A DNA stretch of 64,000 nucleotides from an uncultured Acidobacteriota bacterium (GTDB lineage Bacteria > Acidobacteriota > Thermoanaerobaculia > UBA5066). Both the position numbers and the translations under genes were made by a program. Positions 61,196 through 64,000 of the stretch are shown here, piece after piece; the stretch's first letter is position 1; each line of letters starts with the position of its first letter. The notes under the pieces are model-generated. The model was not told the origin of the DNA. It saw only the letters and a program-made list of their open reading frames with translations, and searched no databases. The stretch lies in assembly GCA_963779415.1 (NCBI GenBank), contig CAVZYA010000002.1:1632001-1696000 (forward strand). Direction: 5' to 3'.

Positions 61196-62128
61196 TCAGC
61201 CGAGGGTCCGGAAGTACTCGATCGTCTCCCGCAGACCCTCGTCGAGCGGAACCTTCGGCTCCCAGCCGAGGAGGGTGCGGGCCTTCGTGATGTCGGGGCG
61301 GCGCTGCTTTGGGTCGTCGACGGGGAGGGGGCGCCGGACGATCGGAGCGGCCGTCCCGGTCAGCTTCCGGATCGTCTCGGCAAACTCGAGGACGGTCATC
61401 TCGGCCGGGTTTCCGACATTGACCGGGTCGCGGATGTCGGACTTGAGGAGCCGGGCGATGCCGTCGACGAGGTCCGAGACGAAGCAGAAGGAGCGCGTCT
61501 GGGAGCCGTCGCCGAAGACGGTGAGCGGTTCGCTCCGGAGCGCCTGCCCGATGAGGGACGGAACGATGCGGCCGTCGTTCGGGCGCATCCGGGGGCCGTA
61601 GGTGTTGAAGATCCGGGCGATCCGCGTGTCGATGCCGTGGAAGTCCCGGTAGGCGACCGTCATTGCCTCGGCGAAGCGCTTCGCCTCGTCGTAGCAGCCG
61701 CGCGGGCCGACGGGATTGACGTTTCCCCAGTAGCTCTCCGGCTGCGGGTGGACGAGCGGGTCGCCGTAGACCTCGCTCGTGGAGGCGAGGAGGAAGCGCG
61801 CCTTCTTCGCCCGCGAAAGGCCGAGCGCCTTGTGCGTCCCGAGCGCCCCGACCTTCAGCGTCTGGATCGGGATCTGGAGGTAGTCGATCGGCGAGGCCGG
61901 GGAGGCGAAGTGGAGGATTGCGTCGACGGGACCGTCGAGGAAGATGTACTCCGTCACGTCGTGGAAGACGAACCGGAACTTCCGGTTCCCGGCGAGGTGC
62001 CGGATGTTCCGCTCGTGGCCGGTGACGAGGTTGTCGAGCCCGACGACCTCGTGCCCCTCCGCGAGGAGCCGGTCCGCGAGGTGGCTTCCGAGGAAACCGG
62101 CGACGCCCGTGACGACGACGCGCATCAT
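61196..62128 (-). CDS. UDP-glucuronate decarboxylase-like SDR
   Basis: [42 protein letters not shown]. Confidence 0.92.
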   Translation of the reverse strand: MMRVVVTGVAGFLGSHLADRLLAEGHEVVGLDNLVTGHERNIRHLAGNRKFRFVFHDVTEYIFLDGPVDAILHFASPASPIDYLQIPIQTLKVGALGTHKALGLSRAKKARFLLASTSEVYGDPLVHPQPESYWGNVNPVGPRGCYDEAKRFAEAMTVAYRDFHGIDTRIARIFNTYGPRMRPNDGRIVPSLIGQALRSEPLTVFGDGSQTRSFCFVSDLVDGIARLLKSDIRDPVNVGNPAEMTVLEFAETIRKLTGTAAPIVRRPLPVDDPKQRRPDITKARTLLGWEPKVPLDEGLRETIEYFRTLG

Positions 62129-63423
62129 CCTCTTCCGAGGCCCGCGTACGTCCAGCCGCGACGGCGCATCTCGGCAGGCTCGTAGAGGTTCCGAAGGTCG
62201 ATGAAGTTCTTCGCCTTCATCGTCCGCTCGATCCGCTCGAGGTCGAGCTTCCGGAACTGGTTCCAGTCGGTCGCGAGAACGAGGGCGTCCGCCCCTTCGA
62301 GGCAGGAGTAGACGTCCTCGGCCAGCTCGAGCCCCGGGACCTCCTTCCGCGCGTTCTCCATCGCGGCGGGGTCGTAGGCCACGACCGAGGCGCCCCGGGA
62401 GGTCAGGTCCCGGATCAGGCGGACGCTCGCGCTCTCGCGGATGTCGTCCGTCTCGGGCTTGAAGGCGATGCCGAGGACGGCGACGCGCTTGCCCGAGAGG
62501 CTTCCGCAGACTCTCTCGACCTTCTCGACCATCCGCGCCTTCACCGCGTCGTTCACCTCGAGGACGGTCTCCATGATCCGGAAGCGGGTCCCGTACTTCC
62601 TCGCGAGGTCGACGACGGCGGAAGAGTCCTTCGGGAAGCAGGAGCCGCCGTAGCCGGGCCCCGGAAGGAGGAAGGCGGGAGCGATCCGCTTGTCGAGGCC
62701 CATGCCGCGGGCCACGTCCTTCACGTCGGCCCCCATCCTCTCGCACATCGCGGCGATCTCGTTGATGAACGTGATCTTCAGGGCGAGGAAGCCGTTCGAG
62801 GCGTACTTGATCAGCTCGGCGGACTCCACGTCGGTCACGACGAAGGGGACGCCCGAGACGAGGAGCGGCGAGTAGACGTCCCGGACGATTGCGATGGCCT
62901 GCTCGTCCCGCGAGCCGATGACGACGCGGTCGGGCCGCATGAAGTCCTCGATGGCAGAGCCTTCGCGCAGGAACTCGGGGTTCGAGACGATCGAGAACTT
63001 GTGGCCGCGCGGGTTCTTCCGGAGGATCTCCTCGATCTGCGCGCCCGTCCCGGTCGGGACCGTCGACTTCGTGACGACCACCTTGTAGCCGTTCATGTGG
63101 CCGGCGATCGACTCGGCGACCTGGAAGATGAACGAGAGGTCGGGCGATCCGTCGTCCTTCGGAGGCGTCCCGACGGCGATGAAGATGACGAGGGCTCGCT
63201 CGACCGACTCCGCCAGCTCGGTCGTGAAGCGAAGCCGCCTGGCCTTCTCGTTCTTGTGGATGATCTCCTCGAGCCCGGGCTCGTAGATCGGGGAGATCCC
63301 TTCCTTCAGAAGGGCGATCTTCGCCTCGTCCTTGTCCACGCAGGTGACGTCCATGCCGAAGTCGGCCAGGCACGCGCCCGTGACGAGGCCCACGTAGCCC
63401 GTCCCGACCATGCAGATGTTCAT
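62125..63423 (-). CDS. ugd: UDP-glucose 6-dehydrogenase
   Basis: [48 protein letters not shown]. Confidence 0.95.
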   Translation of the reverse strand: MNICMVGTGYVGLVTGACLADFGMDVTCVDKDEAKIALLKEGISPIYEPGLEEIIHKNEKARRLRFTTELAESVERALVIFIAVGTPPKDDGSPDLSFIFQVAESIAGHMNGYKVVVTKSTVPTGTGAQIEEILRKNPRGHKFSIVSNPEFLREGSAIEDFMRPDRVVIGSRDEQAIAIVRDVYSPLLVSGVPFVVTDVESAELIKYASNGFLALKITFINEIAAMCERMGADVKDVARGMGLDKRIAPAFLLPGPGYGGSCFPKDSSAVVDLARKYGTRFRIMETVLEVNDAVKARMVEKVERVCGSLSGKRVAVLGIAFKPETDDIRESASVRLIRDLTSRGASVVAYDPAAMENARKEVPGLELAEDVYSCLEGADALVLATDWNQFRKLDLERIERTMKAKNFIDLRNLYEPAEMRRRGWTYAGLGRG

Positions 63424-63505
63424 GAAGCGATCCTCTCCTTCGCCCGAAGGTTCCGGGCGGGCGGACGCAGTTTACCGTCGGCCCTGCGCGCGGGCGAGCG
63501 CGGGG

Positions 63506-64000
63506 TCAGCCGCGCCGGCTTCCGCCGAAGGGGCGGCGGAAGATCCCGAACAGCTCCCTCCGGGAGACGGGCCCGGCCGGCTCCCTCTCCGGCGCGTGCG
63601 CCGTCTTCACCCGCGCGTCCGTCGAGCGGACGCCGCCGGTCCCCTGTCGGGCAGAGAGGAGGGAGGCGACGATCCCTCCCATGTTGTAGGCGGGCGACCA
63701 GCCGAGCGTCCCGAAGGCGGCGTCGAGGTTCGCCGCTCGGCGCGGGCGGAGCGGTCCGCGCGGAGCGGTCACCGTGAGGCGAAGGGGCCGGTGCGCGTCC
63801 CGGGCCAGGAGCGCGAGGACCGTGCGCGGGTTGACGAGAAGGCCGCCGCCGAGGTTGAGGACGCGCCCGATCGGGCGGCGGCGAAGGGCCTCGACGACGC
63901 CGCGGACGGCGTCCTCGACGTGGAGAAAGTCCGAGAAGCCCTCCTCCTCGAAGCTGAACTCTTCGCCCCCGAGAATCGCCTCCAGCTCGCGCACCGGGAA
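63506..64000 (-). CDS. NAD-dependent epimerase/dehydratase family, C-terminal part (start lies outside the window)
   Basis: DFLHVEDAV, LNLGGG, LGWSP; next to nucleotide-sugar genes. Confidence 0.7.
   Translation of the reverse strand, partial: FPVRELEAILGGEEFSFEEEGFSDFLHVEDAVRGVVEALRRRPIGRVLNLGGGLLVNPRTVLALLARDAHRPLRLTVTAPRGPLRPRRAANLDAAFGTLGWSPAYNMGGIVASLLSARQGTGGVRSTDARVKTAHAPEREPAGPVSRRELFGIFRRPFGGSRRG

Overview
High-GC bacterial chromosomal window. Gene content and style suggest Acidobacteriota/Thermoanaerobaculia-like; this is inference only. Most of it is metabolic housekeeping: 2-oxoacid:ferredoxin oxidoreductase alpha/beta, folE, pyk, PolX-PHP, a full leuCD-ilvDBNC-leuAB-ilvE-ilvA cluster with a leader-peptide attenuator, fadBA and UDP-sugar genes. 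Accessory items: (1) two intact and one internally deleted Y1/HUH (RAYT/TnpA_REP-like) elements, each bounded by its own ~28-bp inverted repeats with a shared GGGTCAGG core and flanked by locus-specific 14-17-nt tandem duplications that contain the element tip; (2) a 1883-aa Ser/Thr kinase-STAND-like ATPase-helical repeat-2x family-5 solute-binding-domain fusion with no visible export signal; (3) a dodecin-permease-corrinoid protein-homocysteine methyltransferase-reactivation domain-MttB operon, probably folate-independent methionine synthesis from a methylated amine; (4) an octaheme cytochrome c downstream of rhodanese and TlpA genes. Several conserved genes carry 1-nt frameshifts, most likely assembly indel errors. 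All calls come from motif recognition by eye; no database searches were run.
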